From Alphaproteobacteria bacterium (GTDB lineage: Bacteria; Pseudomonadota; Alphaproteobacteria; UBA7887), in assembly GCA_965216755.1 (NCBI GenBank), contig CBDCGL010000011.1:3808001-3872000 (forward strand): 64,000 nucleotides of DNA, given 5' to 3'. A model generated the notes under the pieces. It was given only the letters and a program-made list of their open reading frames with translations. It was not told where the DNA came from and made no database searches. Positions 1 through 9,900 of the stretch are shown in pieces; position 1 is the stretch's first letter, and every line of letters begins with the position of its first letter. The position numbers were made by a program, and so were the translations under genes.

Positions 1-339
1 AAATACGGCGGCTCGCTGCCCTTGGTGGAAGCGGTCCGTTTGTTGGCCTTGCGCGCTGGGATCCGTGAGACGGGCACGCGCATCCGAATTGCGACCTTGG
101 TCGAGGCCGGCGAGTTGGCGCCCGGACTGGGCGACGACTTGACCGAAGCATTCAGCGTGATCACCGCCGCGACCCTGCGCCACCAATTGGCAGATTACGC
201 CGCCGGTCGTCCATTGACCTATTGGCTGCGCCCGCGCCGCGTAAGCGCCCGCGAACGACGCCGACTAAAGGCGGCGCTGCGTGCGGTCGAAAGGCTGCGC
301 AGCCAAGTGCGCAGCACATTTACCGGCGACGTGTTCTGA
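1..339 (+). CDS. DUF294-type putative nucleotidyltransferase, C-terminal substrate-binding part (5'-truncated by window)
   Basis: Frame open from base 1 (KYGGSLPLVEAVRLLALRAGI..T..RI..L..G.L...L.EAF...LRHQ), typical DUF294_C pattern; stop overlaps the ATG of the exonuclease, the usual partner gene. Confidence 0.75.
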   Translation, partial: KYGGSLPLVEAVRLLALRAGIRETGTRIRIATLVEAGELAPGLGDDLTEAFSVITAATLRHQLADYAAGRPLTYWLRPRRVSARERRRLKAALRAVERLRSQVRSTFTGDVF

Positions 340-1715
340 TGGCGCGGGCGCCAGGCGGTGGCGGGCGGGCGCGCGCCCGAACTTGGCTGGCGATAACGCT
401 GGTCGGCTGGGTGGTCTTTGTCATCGCGTGTGCGTTGAGCGTGCTCGGGCCGCGCCTCGCCATGCCGTTATGGTCGACTGTGATTGCGCTCGTCGCTGCC
501 ATGGTGCTGTCCGGTTTCGGATTGTGGCGGCTCAGCCGCCATGTCGAGCGGCTCTACGACGGCTTGGATCGTGTGCGCGGTGACTTGCTCATGGTCACGG
601 CGCACCGTGCGCCGCCGGGATTGCCGCGCGCTGACGCCGGGCGCGATCGCACGGCGGAAGGGCTGGCGCGCTTGGTCGCGTCGCTCGGCGACTCATTGGC
701 AGAAACGGCGGCGCGGCCGGATCGGCGCTTGGCAGCCGTGGTCGCGGCCTTGCCAAGTGCCGTGGTCGTGGTGACCAACAGCGGCCAAGTGAGCTTGGTG
801 AACGGCGCCGCAAAGACTTTGCTGGGCGCTGCGCGCGTCACGGCCGGGACCAGCATCTTCGCCGCGTTGCACCGTTCTGAGGTGACCGAGGCCATGGCGC
901 GCGCACGCGATCATCAGGGTCCGCTGGCGATCGACCTCGCGACTGTCGACGCGCGCCGGCTTGCCGCTCATGTCATCGACTTGGGCGGCCATGACGGTGC
1001 CGTGTTTGCCTTTACGGCGTCGGCGATTGACGGCGTCGGCGAGCTCGACCATGCGCTCGATCTCCACGACCGGGCGCCACGACGGCCGCCGCCGACCGAT
1101 GCCATGTCGCTGCGCGATCTACCGATATTGGCGCTCGATACCGAAACCACCGGTCTTGACGTCAGCGGCGATTCGGTGGTGGCGATTGGTGCGGTATGCA
1201 TGGTTGGGCCGGATATTTTTCGGGCCGACGTGATCGACCTGTTGGTCAAGCCGCCGCGTCCGATTCCGGCCCGGTCGACGCGCATTCACGGCATCATCGA
1301 TGGCATGGTCGCGAACGCGTCACCATTCGTGGACCATTGGCCGGCCGTGTCGGCGCTGATGGTGGACCGGGTTGTGCTGGGTCATAATATCGGCTTCGAC
1401 GTGGCGATATTGTCGCAAGAGGCACAGCGTGCCGGGTTGGCCTGGTCGGCGCCGCCGAGCTTGGATCTGTTGCACCTGATCGCGGCACTGGAGCCACGAA
1501 CATTTCCGCCCAGCCTGGACGGACTTGCCAACCAATTGGGCGTTGCCGTCACGGGGCGTCACACCGCATTGGGCGACGCATTGGTGGCCGCCGAAATCTG
1601 GCGCCGATTGATTCCACGCCTGGCGGACCACGATGTCACGACATTTGGTGCGGCGAAGGCGTTCGCAGCCCGTGCCAAGGTGATCATTCGCCAGCAAAAG
1701 GCGTCGGGCTGGTGA
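339..1715 (+). CDS. Membrane-anchored PAS-like + DEDDh 3'-5' exonuclease domain protein
   Basis: ATG at 339 (TGATG overlap); two N-terminal hydrophobic helices; PAS-like segment (AVVVVTNSGQVSLVNGAAKTLLG); ExoI LDTETTG, ExoII HNIGFD, ExoIII HTALGDA. Confidence 0.85.
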   Translation: MARAPGGGGRARARTWLAITLVGWVVFVIACALSVLGPRLAMPLWSTVIALVAAMVLSGFGLWRLSRHVERLYDGLDRVRGDLLMVTAHRAPPGLPRADAGRDRTAEGLARLVASLGDSLAETAARPDRRLAAVVAALPSAVVVVTNSGQVSLVNGAAKTLLGAARVTAGTSIFAALHRSEVTEAMARARDHQGPLAIDLATVDARRLAAHVIDLGGHDGAVFAFTASAIDGVGELDHALDLHDRAPRRPPPTDAMSLRDLPILALDTETTGLDVSGDSVVAIGAVCMVGPDIFRADVIDLLVKPPRPIPARSTRIHGIIDGMVANASPFVDHWPAVSALMVDRVVLGHNIGFDVAILSQEAQRAGLAWSAPPSLDLLHLIAALEPRTFPPSLDGLANQLGVAVTGRHTALGDALVAAEIWRRLIPRLADHDVTTFGAAKAFAARAKVIIRQQKASGW

Positions 1716-1751
1716 GCAGAATCAATAATGTAGAAGACTGATCTAAGCGTC

Positions 1752-3068
1752 CTAAGCGGCGCGATCGGTGGCGATGCGCACCATCTCGGCTATGTCGGTG
1801 AACTTGACACGCGGCCTTGCGCCGCTGGCACGGGCGATTTCGGCTGCGTCGATTTGCCGCCAATCCGCCGTCGAAACCACGGTGACACCGCGCGCCGCGA
1901 GCATCTTGTCCAATCCGTCGGGGCCCGGCTTGCCGGCCGGCTTCGGATTATCGTCGGCAATTTCTTCGACCACGGTGCGGGCATCGACCCGGTTGGTGCC
2001 GATCACGCCAGTGGGCCCGCGTTTGGCCCAGCCGACCACGTAGACGCCCGGTTCCACGCGGCCATCCTGGTTGGATACGATGCCGCGCCGGTCGTCGACG
2101 GGTAGTCCGGGAAACGGCGTCACGCGGTAACCGATGGCAGGAATCACCAGGCCGCAGTCGAGCGAAAATGTCTCTCCGGTGGGCACGGCACGGCCGTCTT
2201 CGATCCGGTTGCGGACAAGCTCCAGGCCTTCAACCCGATCCACCCCACGCACCGCGGTTGGTGAGGCGCAAAACAGCAAGTGAACCCGCACAGCGGCGGC
2301 GGCGCTGTCATTGGCCACGTAGTTCTTGAGGACCCGCAAATTGCGTTCTTGTCGCTTGATGGTATCGGCATCGCCATCTTCGGGCACATCATCCGGCAAC
2401 GGCGCGCCCGCGATCAAAGGTATGGCTTCCGTCAGCTTGCCCAACTCCGACAATTCCGGAAAGGTGAAACTGGCGTCCATCGGACCGCGTCGGCCAATCA
2501 CATAAATATCTTTCAGGGGTGCCCTTGCGATTGCCGCCGCCGCGGCGGGCACAATGTCGCTGGCGGCCAATTCATCGGCCGTCTTGGCGAGCAAACGCGC
2601 TACGTCCATCGCGACGTTGCCGTTGCCGACCACCACGGCGGTGTCGGTTTGAACGTCGTCGGTACAATCCGGCGCGCCGGGCACGCCGTTGTACCAGCCG
2701 ACAAAGTCCGTGGCGCTGATCACGCCGGCCAAATCCTCGCCCGGCACCCCTAACCGGCGCGGTTCTTGCGCGCCAACGGCCAGCACCACGACATCATAGA
2801 GCGCCTTCAATTCGTCATAGCTGATATCGCGGCCGACGCCGACATTGCCGCAAAACCGAACCCCGTCCTTGTCGAGGGTCTTTTCGAACACGCGAATAAC
2901 GTTCTTGGTGCTCTGGTGGTCGGGCGCGACCCCCGCGCGGACCAGGCCAAACGGTGTCGGCAGACGATCGATAATATCGATGCGGCAGCCCGGGCATTTC
3001 TTAATCAGGGCATCGGCGGCGTAGAGGCCGGCCGGGCCACTGCCAACGACGGCGATCGCGACACTCAT
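1752..3068 (-). CDS. Ferredoxin/adrenodoxin-type NADP(H) reductase (FprA-like)
   Basis: GSGPAG, PFGLVRAGVAPDH, GNGNVAMDVAR, GRRGP, GWAKRGPTGVIGTN motifs; ATGA overlap with paaX stop. Confidence 0.9.
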   Translation of the reverse strand: MSVAIAVVGSGPAGLYAADALIKKCPGCRIDIIDRLPTPFGLVRAGVAPDHQSTKNVIRVFEKTLDKDGVRFCGNVGVGRDISYDELKALYDVVVLAVGAQEPRRLGVPGEDLAGVISATDFVGWYNGVPGAPDCTDDVQTDTAVVVGNGNVAMDVARLLAKTADELAASDIVPAAAAAIARAPLKDIYVIGRRGPMDASFTFPELSELGKLTEAIPLIAGAPLPDDVPEDGDADTIKRQERNLRVLKNYVANDSAAAAVRVHLLFCASPTAVRGVDRVEGLELVRNRIEDGRAVPTGETFSLDCGLVIPAIGYRVTPFPGLPVDDRRGIVSNQDGRVEPGVYVVGWAKRGPTGVIGTNRVDARTVVEEIADDNPKPAGKPGPDGLDKMLAARGVTVVSTADWRQIDAAEIARASGARPRVKFTDIAEMVRIATDRAA

Positions 3069-4045
3069 GCGGCGTTTGTCTCCGATCGCGGTGTCAGACC
3101 GCCGAATCGGCGAAAAAATGAAGCGTCCACTTTAGGCAACGGGCCTTCCAACGATTCAAACGCAGCTTCGGCGTAGCCTTCGGCGGCCCGCCAAATCCGA
3201 TCATAAATGTGGCGCGACAATGACCACGCCACCATTCCCGGCCATCCACTAGGCAGCAGTTCCACGGGCAGCAAAGGGTCTCTCAGCATCACGCGCCGGT
3301 AATCATGAATCAGCAAAGTGCGAATGACAAAGGCTGTTTTCGCATCCGGCTGTGGCTCTGAGGCGAGCACCCGCCATAGCGGCTGAAACCGCTGCAAAAA
3401 CTGAGTGTAGTCTACCGCCAAGGTGTTAATGGGCCACAACTGCGTGACCATGGTGGTGAGGGCATCGGCGGCCACATCGCGGCCGTGACGGCTTTCAAAA
3501 ATGACCACGTCATTGTCGAGACCCAACCTGCGCAATGTCGCATCGAGCAGGGCGCGATCGGCAGCCGGACGGGCAAAGATACCAGGCGCCATCGCGGCAA
3601 ATCCTTGCCAACCCAGTTCGCGACGCAATCGGTCACGGACATCGGATGCTGCGCCCATGGCCACGACCATGTGCCAATCTCCATGCCAAGTGCGTGTCGG
3701 TGTGCCATAGATTCGTTGGGTGGCGTGATCAAACTGTTGTAGACCGTCGTCGGTGAGGCGGTAGTAGCTGCGTCGGCCGATGCCGGTCCGGTCGAGCCAA
3801 CCGTCATTGACAAGACGTGAGACCGCCGTGCGGACCGCCCGTTCGTGAACGCCGAACCCGGTCATCGCGGTAACCAAGCTACCCAGCCATACTGATCCGC
3901 CATGGGGTGCGATGGTGTCACCAAATATGGTGACGATCAGGGATTTCGTTCTCCGATCGATCCCGCGTACCAAGCGGGTCGCTGACAATGTCGCCGAGTC
4001 GGCGGTCGGTCGGCTTGACCCGGCGGGCGCGGTCTGGATTTTCAT
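3065..4045 (-). CDS. paaX: PaaX-family phenylacetyl-CoA-responsive repressor
   Basis: SLIVTIFGD..P.GG.VWLGSL, VRTAVSRL..DGWL, GRRSYYRLT, RTLLIHDYRRVMLRDPLLPVELLP..WPG; ATG 4045 preceded by AAGGA. Confidence 0.92.
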   Translation of the reverse strand: MKIQTAPAGSSRPTADSATLSATRLVRGIDRRTKSLIVTIFGDTIAPHGGSVWLGSLVTAMTGFGVHERAVRTAVSRLVNDGWLDRTGIGRRSYYRLTDDGLQQFDHATQRIYGTPTRTWHGDWHMVVAMGAASDVRDRLRRELGWQGFAAMAPGIFARPAADRALLDATLRRLGLDNDVVIFESRHGRDVAADALTTMVTQLWPINTLAVDYTQFLQRFQPLWRVLASEPQPDAKTAFVIRTLLIHDYRRVMLRDPLLPVELLPSGWPGMVAWSLSRHIYDRIWRAAEGYAEAAFESLEGPLPKVDASFFRRFGGLTPRSETNAA

Positions 4046-4184
4046 ATGGTCCTTCATTTTGTGCTGCAAAAGTCCACTCAGTTCCGCGATTGTCTTGTTA
4101 CAAATTTGTCACCCTTGCCGAGTTTCGACCCATACCTTCTAAAAAACAAGATTAGTTTCAAATGTTTATGAGGCGCAGCCTATT

Positions 4185-4225
4185 ATGACACAATAATTTG
4201 TCAAATGGAAAAAAATACGTATCAT
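4185..4225. promoter_or_regulatory. Candidate PaaX operator in the divergent paaX / di-iron gene promoter
   Basis: Imperfect inverted repeat ATGACAC-N27-GTATCAT (6/7 match) in an AT-rich spacer; resembles the GATACA-N~26-TGTATC site I recall for Pseudomonas PaaX. Confidence 0.55.
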
Positions 4226-4253
4226 GATCTAAATTCATGAGCCGGAGGTGGAC

Positions 4254-5060
4254 ATGAAAGTCTACGACAAAGGCGACGCCTTGCCGCCGGACTACCGCGA
4301 GGCCTTGATCAACCTCATGACCTTTCAAGCCGATTCGGAGTATGCCGGGGGGCAACGCGTGGCCGAGAACATGCGCTTTGCGCCGCGCCCGGAGGAAGCC
4401 TATCGGTTGTCAAAGAAAGTTATGGAGGAGTTTGGCCACGCTTACTACGTCTGGGGCTTGCTGGCCGACCTCGGCATCGATGTCGACACCCGCTTGCAGG
4501 AGCTGGTCACCCATCCGGACAATCCGGATCGCTCGAAGGTCAATGTGATCAATGGCTTCCGTAAGGAAAACTGGTCGCCCATGTTCGACTGCTGGGAAGA
4601 TGTGGCGCTGTTTTCGACGGTGGTGACGCCGGCTGCTGTCGCCTTTTTGGGGCAGTATCGCGAATGCTCTTACAAACCATGGGCGCGCGTAAATGTGCGC
4701 ATTCATAAGGAAGAGCATGGTCATTTGGCGTTTGGCGTTTGGGCATCAAAGCGCTGTATCGAATTTGGTGGCAAAGCGGCACGCGAAAACATGCAGCAGC
4801 GGGTGCCGAAATTCATGCGCATGGGATTGGGTTTCTACGGCCGGCCGTCGCGCGGTAACAAGAAGTCAGAGATGTTCGACATCTATTACGAGTACGGCAT
4901 CAAGGTGAAACGGCCCGAGGAATTGCAGGCCGAATATCTGGAATTGCTGGAAAGCCGCTTGGCGGACGTTGGGTTGGAGATGCCGAAGGGAATCGAAGCC
5001 GACTACGATATGCGTGTCGGCTACGACGTTTCGGCACCTGAATCGACGGCCGTCGCTTGA
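4254..5060 (+). CDS. Stand-alone PaaA-like ferritin-fold di-iron protein (aryl-CoA epoxidase-like)
   Basis: GGAGG RBS then ATG 4254; DSEYAG, KVMEEFGH, CSYKPWARVNVRIHKEEHGH (two ExxH motifs, PaaA-like spacing). Confidence 0.8.
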   Translation: MKVYDKGDALPPDYREALINLMTFQADSEYAGGQRVAENMRFAPRPEEAYRLSKKVMEEFGHAYYVWGLLADLGIDVDTRLQELVTHPDNPDRSKVNVINGFRKENWSPMFDCWEDVALFSTVVTPAAVAFLGQYRECSYKPWARVNVRIHKEEHGHLAFGVWASKRCIEFGGKAARENMQQRVPKFMRMGLGFYGRPSRGNKKSEMFDIYYEYGIKVKRPEELQAEYLELLESRLADVGLEMPKGIEADYDMRVGYDVSAPESTAVA

Positions 5061-5479
5061 CAACAGCGCAACAACCAGCGCCCGCCAATCCGGTACTCGA
5101 TCGGGGCTTGCAAGCGCTGGCGCGGTTTGGCTATGGCACGGGCCGGATTGCGGCCGTGCCGGCCGCGGCGTCCGAGTCTGCGGCGCACTGGTCCGCACAG
5201 TGGGCAGACCTTGCCGGGGATTTCGCGGGCGTCGAAGCCGTACCCGCTTATGCGCGCTTGAGCCCGGACCAAGCCGCGGCGGCACGGCGCTATATGACTC
5301 TGCGCATAGAAGCCGACGCGCTGCTCGATCGTTGCCGGGCGGCACACGGCGAAATCTTGGCCGCCGGGATCACCACGGATCGGATCGAATCCTACGCCAT
5401 CGTTCGTGATGCCTATGAGGATAAGGTGGAGGCCTTTGGCGCGGCGCGTGACGCGCTGGCCGCTCTCTTGACCGCATAG
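5057..5479 (+). CDS. Hypothetical Ala-rich helical protein coupled to the di-iron gene
   Basis: TTGA overlap with upstream stop; genome-like codon use; no recognisable motif. Confidence 0.65.
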   Translation: MTTAQQPAPANPVLDRGLQALARFGYGTGRIAAVPAAASESAAHWSAQWADLAGDFAGVEAVPAYARLSPDQAAAARRYMTLRIEADALLDRCRAAHGEILAAGITTDRIESYAIVRDAYEDKVEAFGAARDALAALLTA

Positions 5480-5609
5480 CGCCCATCGCGCGGGCGACGC
5501 GCACATTGAGTCACGAGTGCGTGCGAAACCACTTGAGCGTGAGACGGCCGATCCCAGATCATGGATTCCATGACAAAAGGCCCGGTCAAACGGGCGGGAG
5601 TGGAGTCCT

Positions 5610-6956
5610 ATGGTTGTTGGCCGGTTTCGCGACTTGTTCGCCGATCCGCGTTATGACGCGATGCCAGAGCGCGTACGTCGCAGCATCACCGCGCAACAGG
5701 CGGCCAGTGAGCTGTTGGTTGCCTGGACGCAGCTTGCGATCGTGAGTGTGTTCGCGCTGCTTTACCTGATTTCGCCAAAGACGTTTAGTGCCGATGCCAT
5801 GATTGAGCCCGTGCCATGGGCGCTGGCGGCCTATTTGTTGTTCACGGTTCTTCGGTTGGTACAAGGCTATCGGGGCGAACTGCCGCGATGGATGCGCTTT
5901 GCATCGGCGGTCGTTGATATCGCCTTGCTTATGGGGCTGATCTTCAGCTTCCACATTCAGTATCAGCAACCACCGGCGTTCATTTTGAAATCGCCGACCC
6001 TGCTTTACGTGTTTATCTTCATCGCGCTGCGCGCATTGCTTCTGGAGCCTGGTTATGTGCTCGTGACCGGCGCGGTTGCGGTGTTTGGCTGGCTGGCGAT
6101 CGTCGGTTTTGTGGCTTTTTCTGACTCCGGCCAAATGGTTATCACCCGCGACTATGTCGAGTATCTGACCTCGAACAGCGTGCTCTTGGGTGCGGAGTTC
6201 GACAAAGTCATTTCGATTATGGTGGTCACCGTGTTGATCGCGGCAGCCATGTGGCGGGCCCGCAATTTGCTGGTGCGGGCGGTTGCGGAAGGCGCGCGGG
6301 CATCGGACCTGGCACGTTTTTTTGCGCCCGAGGTGGCACGCAAAATCACCGGTTCTGAAGCGGAAATGACCGCCGGACGGGGCGACTCTCGATATGCCGG
6401 AATCCTGAATTTGGACATTCGTGGTTTCACCCGGATGGCCACCGACATGGCGCCCGACTCGCTGATTTCGTTTCTGGGCGAGTATCAGGCGCGCCTGGTG
6501 CCCGCCGTGACCAACAACAATGGCATATCGGAAAAGTTCCTGGGCGACGGCATGATGGCGTCGTTCGGGGCCGCGCGCGCGGACGAACATTGCGCGGCCA
6601 ATGCGCTGTGCGCGGCCGACGGCATCGTCGCCATGCTTGATGAGTGGAATAGGGAACGTCGTCGGGTCGGATTGGCGCCCGTGGATATCGGTATCGCTGT
6701 GACGTTCGGACCGGTGGTCGCTGGCGCGGTCGGTGGCGAAGACCGGTTGGAGTTCGCCGTCGTGGGCCACGCGGTCAACCTCGCCGCCAAACTGGAAAAG
6801 CACAATAAGGTCGAGGGCTCACGGGCGTTGTGCACCAAGGACGCCTATGAGGCCGCGCTCGCCCAGGGCTATGCGCCCCAAACGGGCCATCGCCACGCGC
6901 CGGCGCGCCACGTGGACGGCGTCGCCGAACCCATTGATCTGGTCATTCTGCATTGA
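5610..6956 (+). CDS. Membrane-bound class III adenylate/guanylate cyclase
   Basis: About 6 TM helices, then LDIRGFT, EKFLGDGMMA, VGHAVNLAAKLE. Confidence 0.9.
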   Translation: MVVGRFRDLFADPRYDAMPERVRRSITAQQAASELLVAWTQLAIVSVFALLYLISPKTFSADAMIEPVPWALAAYLLFTVLRLVQGYRGELPRWMRFASAVVDIALLMGLIFSFHIQYQQPPAFILKSPTLLYVFIFIALRALLLEPGYVLVTGAVAVFGWLAIVGFVAFSDSGQMVITRDYVEYLTSNSVLLGAEFDKVISIMVVTVLIAAAMWRARNLLVRAVAEGARASDLARFFAPEVARKITGSEAEMTAGRGDSRYAGILNLDIRGFTRMATDMAPDSLISFLGEYQARLVPAVTNNNGISEKFLGDGMMASFGAARADEHCAANALCAADGIVAMLDEWNRERRRVGLAPVDIGIAVTFGPVVAGAVGGEDRLEFAVVGHAVNLAAKLEKHNKVEGSRALCTKDAYEAALAQGYAPQTGHRHAPARHVDGVAEPIDLVILH

Positions 6957-6958
6957 TG

Positions 6959-9900
6959 TCACGTCATGGCCTCGCGGTCATCGCGCAGCACAACGTAGAT
7001 CGCGGGGATAACCAGCACGGTCAGCACGGTCGAAGAGGCCAGGCCAAACAGCAACGAAATCGCCAGGCCCTGGAAGATCGGGTCGAACAGGATCACGGCG
7101 GCGCCGATCATCGCCGCCAGCGCGGTCAGCATGATCGGCTTGAAGCGGATCGCGCCGGCATCCAGCAAAACGGCGCGCAGCGGTTTGCCGTGGTTTTGGT
7201 CGTGGCGGATGAAGTCGACCAGCAAAATCGAGTTGCGCACGATGATGCCGGCAAGGGCGATGAAGCCGATCATCGAGGTGGCTGTGAACGGCGCACCGAA
7301 CAGCCAATGACCCGGGACGATGCCGATCAATGTCAGGGGTATCGGTGTCAAAACAACGAGCGGCAGGCGAAATGACCCGAATTGGCCGACGACCAGCACG
7401 TAAATGGCCAGGATCGCAACCGCGAAGGCCGCGCCCATGTCGCGGAACGTGACGTAAGTGATCTCCCACTCGCCGTCCCATAGCAATGTCACCTTCGATT
7501 CGTCGCCAGGCTGGCCGTAGAGCTGGATGTCCGGTTTGGGCAGATCGCCCCACGGGTGACTGTCGATCCGTTCCGCCACGTCGATCATGCCGTAGATCGG
7601 CGCTTCATATGCGCCGGCAAGTTCGCCCATGACCATTTCGGTGAAGCGCCCGTTGCGGCGGAACAACGGCAGCGATCCGGTTTCTTCGCTGACCGTGACG
7701 ACATCGCCGAGTTCGACAATGCCGCGATGGCCGGGCATGGCGTTGGCGGGCACCGGGGTCGATGCCAGCCGTTCGTGCCATGTGAGGTCGCGTTTTGGCA
7801 AGCGCACCGCGATTTCTACGGGGTTGCGACCCGCGCCACGGTGCGAATAGCCAACCGGCACACCGCTTAGCAAGGCGCGGACTGTATCGTACACGTCGCG
7901 CTGCTCGACGCCGAAGTGCTCAAGCTGGTCTTGGTCGATGGCCAGTCGCAAACGGGGCCGTGGCGCGCCGATCGAATCGTCATGGTCGACGATAAACGGC
8001 ACTTCGGCGAAAATCTTGCGGATTTCGCCGGCAACCGTGCGGCGGGTTTCGGCGTCGGGGCCATAGATCTCGGCAAGCAGTGTGGCGAGGACTGGCGGGC
8101 CCGGTGGGACTTCGACAACCTTGACCACGGTGCCGGCGGGGACCGGCAGGTCAGCCAACCGCGCACGGACGTCCAGAGCAATCGCATGGCTGGCCCGATC
8201 GCGTTCGCCCTTGGGCACCAGATTTATCTGTAAATCACCCAGTTCCGGCGACCGGCGCAAATAGGAATGGCGCACCAGGCCATTGAAATTAAACGGCGCC
8301 GCCGTACCTGCGTAGACCTGCATGGAAACCACTTCGGGCACAGAGGCGAGACGACGACCGGCGGCAAAAAGAACCCGCTCGGTGTCCTCAAGGCTGGCGC
8401 CTTCCGGCAAATCGACAACCACCTGTAGTTCCGACTTGTTGTCGAACGGCAGTAGTTTGACCGTCACCGATTTGGTGGCGAACAAAAACGCAGCGGCCAG
8501 GGTGCCAAGTCCGACCAGCACCAAGAAAGCGAGAGCGCCGAGGCGCGTGCCGATGATCGGCCGGGCGACCACCCGATAGATGCGGCCGAGCGCGCCAACG
8601 TGATCATGGCCGTGGTGCCCGGACGACGTAGCGGTCGCGCGCGGCGCCAATTTTAGCATCAGCCAGGGCGCGATCGTGACCGCGACAAAAAATGAAAACA
8701 GCATCGCCGCCGACGCGTTGACAGGTATTGGCGCCATGTATGGCCCCATCAGGCCGGACACGAACAGCATCGGCAGCAAGGCCGCGATCACGGTCAATGT
8801 GGCGATGATGGTCGGGTTGCCAACCTCGGCGACGGCTTCTATGGCGGCTTGCGCGCGGCTCCGGCCATCCGCCATTTGCCAATGGCGGGCGATATTCTCG
8901 ATCAGAACGATGGCATCGTCGACCAGGATGCCAATCGCGAAAATCAGTGCAAACAGGCTGACGCGATTGATCGTGTAGCCCATCAGATTGGCGGCGAATA
9001 AGGTCAACAAGATCGTGGTCGGGATCACCACCAGGGTCACCAGCGCCTCGCGCCGCCCGATCGCCACGGCGATCAAGAACACGATCGAGATGGTGGCGAG
9101 TGCCAGGTGAAACAACAGCTCGTTGGCTTTTTCATCGGCGGTTTCGCCATAGTCGCGTGTAATGTGGACGTCGATCTCGGGCGGAATCAGCGGTCCGCGC
9201 AGCCGGTCGATCGCGGCGCGCAGTTCCTCGGCGATGTCCACCGCGTTGGCGCCGGCGCGCTTGGCCACGGCCAGGCTGGCGGCGGGCGTGGCCAAGGGCT
9301 GGCCGTTGGGGCGCGGCACCATGTGCCATACCCGATGCTCGGCAACGCTGGGGCCGACAACGACCGCCGCGACGTCGTTGACATAGACAGGACGTCCATC
9401 GCGGGTGGTCAGCATCAAAAGGCCGATATCGGGAACGCCGCTAAGGGTTTGGCCCGCGGCTACCGTGCGCATCTGGCCCCCTTTGCGCACTTCACCGGCG
9501 ACAAAGGAACGGTTGGCGCCGCGCACTTTGGCGATCAGTTGCTGCAAGGTGACACCATATTGGGTCAGCCGCTCCGGGTCGGGCTCAATGCGGATCTGTT
9601 CCGGCGTGCCGCCGACGACGTAACTCAGCCCGGTCTCGGGCACTTTGGTCAGCTCAGCGCGCAGTTCGTCGGCGAGTTGATAGAGATCCTTGTCGGTCCA
9701 GCGCGCGGCCGCGGCCGGCTGTGGCGTCAAGGTGATGACCACGACGGCGACGTCATTGATGCCGCGACCGATGACCAGCGGCTCGGCGATGCCGATGGGG
9801 ATTTGGTCGTAGTTGGCGCGAATTTTCTCGTGGACGCGCAGAATCGCGTCGTCGGCGTCGGTACCGACCAAAAAGCGGGCCGTGACGATGACGCGATCGT

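Noticed and set aside
339-1715. Calling this gene dnaQ
   Set aside because: TM and PAS-like N-terminus and DUF294 context argue against the replicative epsilon subunit.
4254-5060. Assigning the symbol paaA or boxB
   Set aside because: Shorter and divergent, and lacks the flanking paaBCDE or boxAC genes; orthology cannot be shown by eye.
5586-6803. Long antisense ORFs (also 15914-17083, 17460-18659, 46359-47882, 52665-53777, 55867-56898, 62668-63684)
   Set aside because: They shadow well-supported genes on the opposite strand, carry no motifs, and are expected in high-GC DNA.
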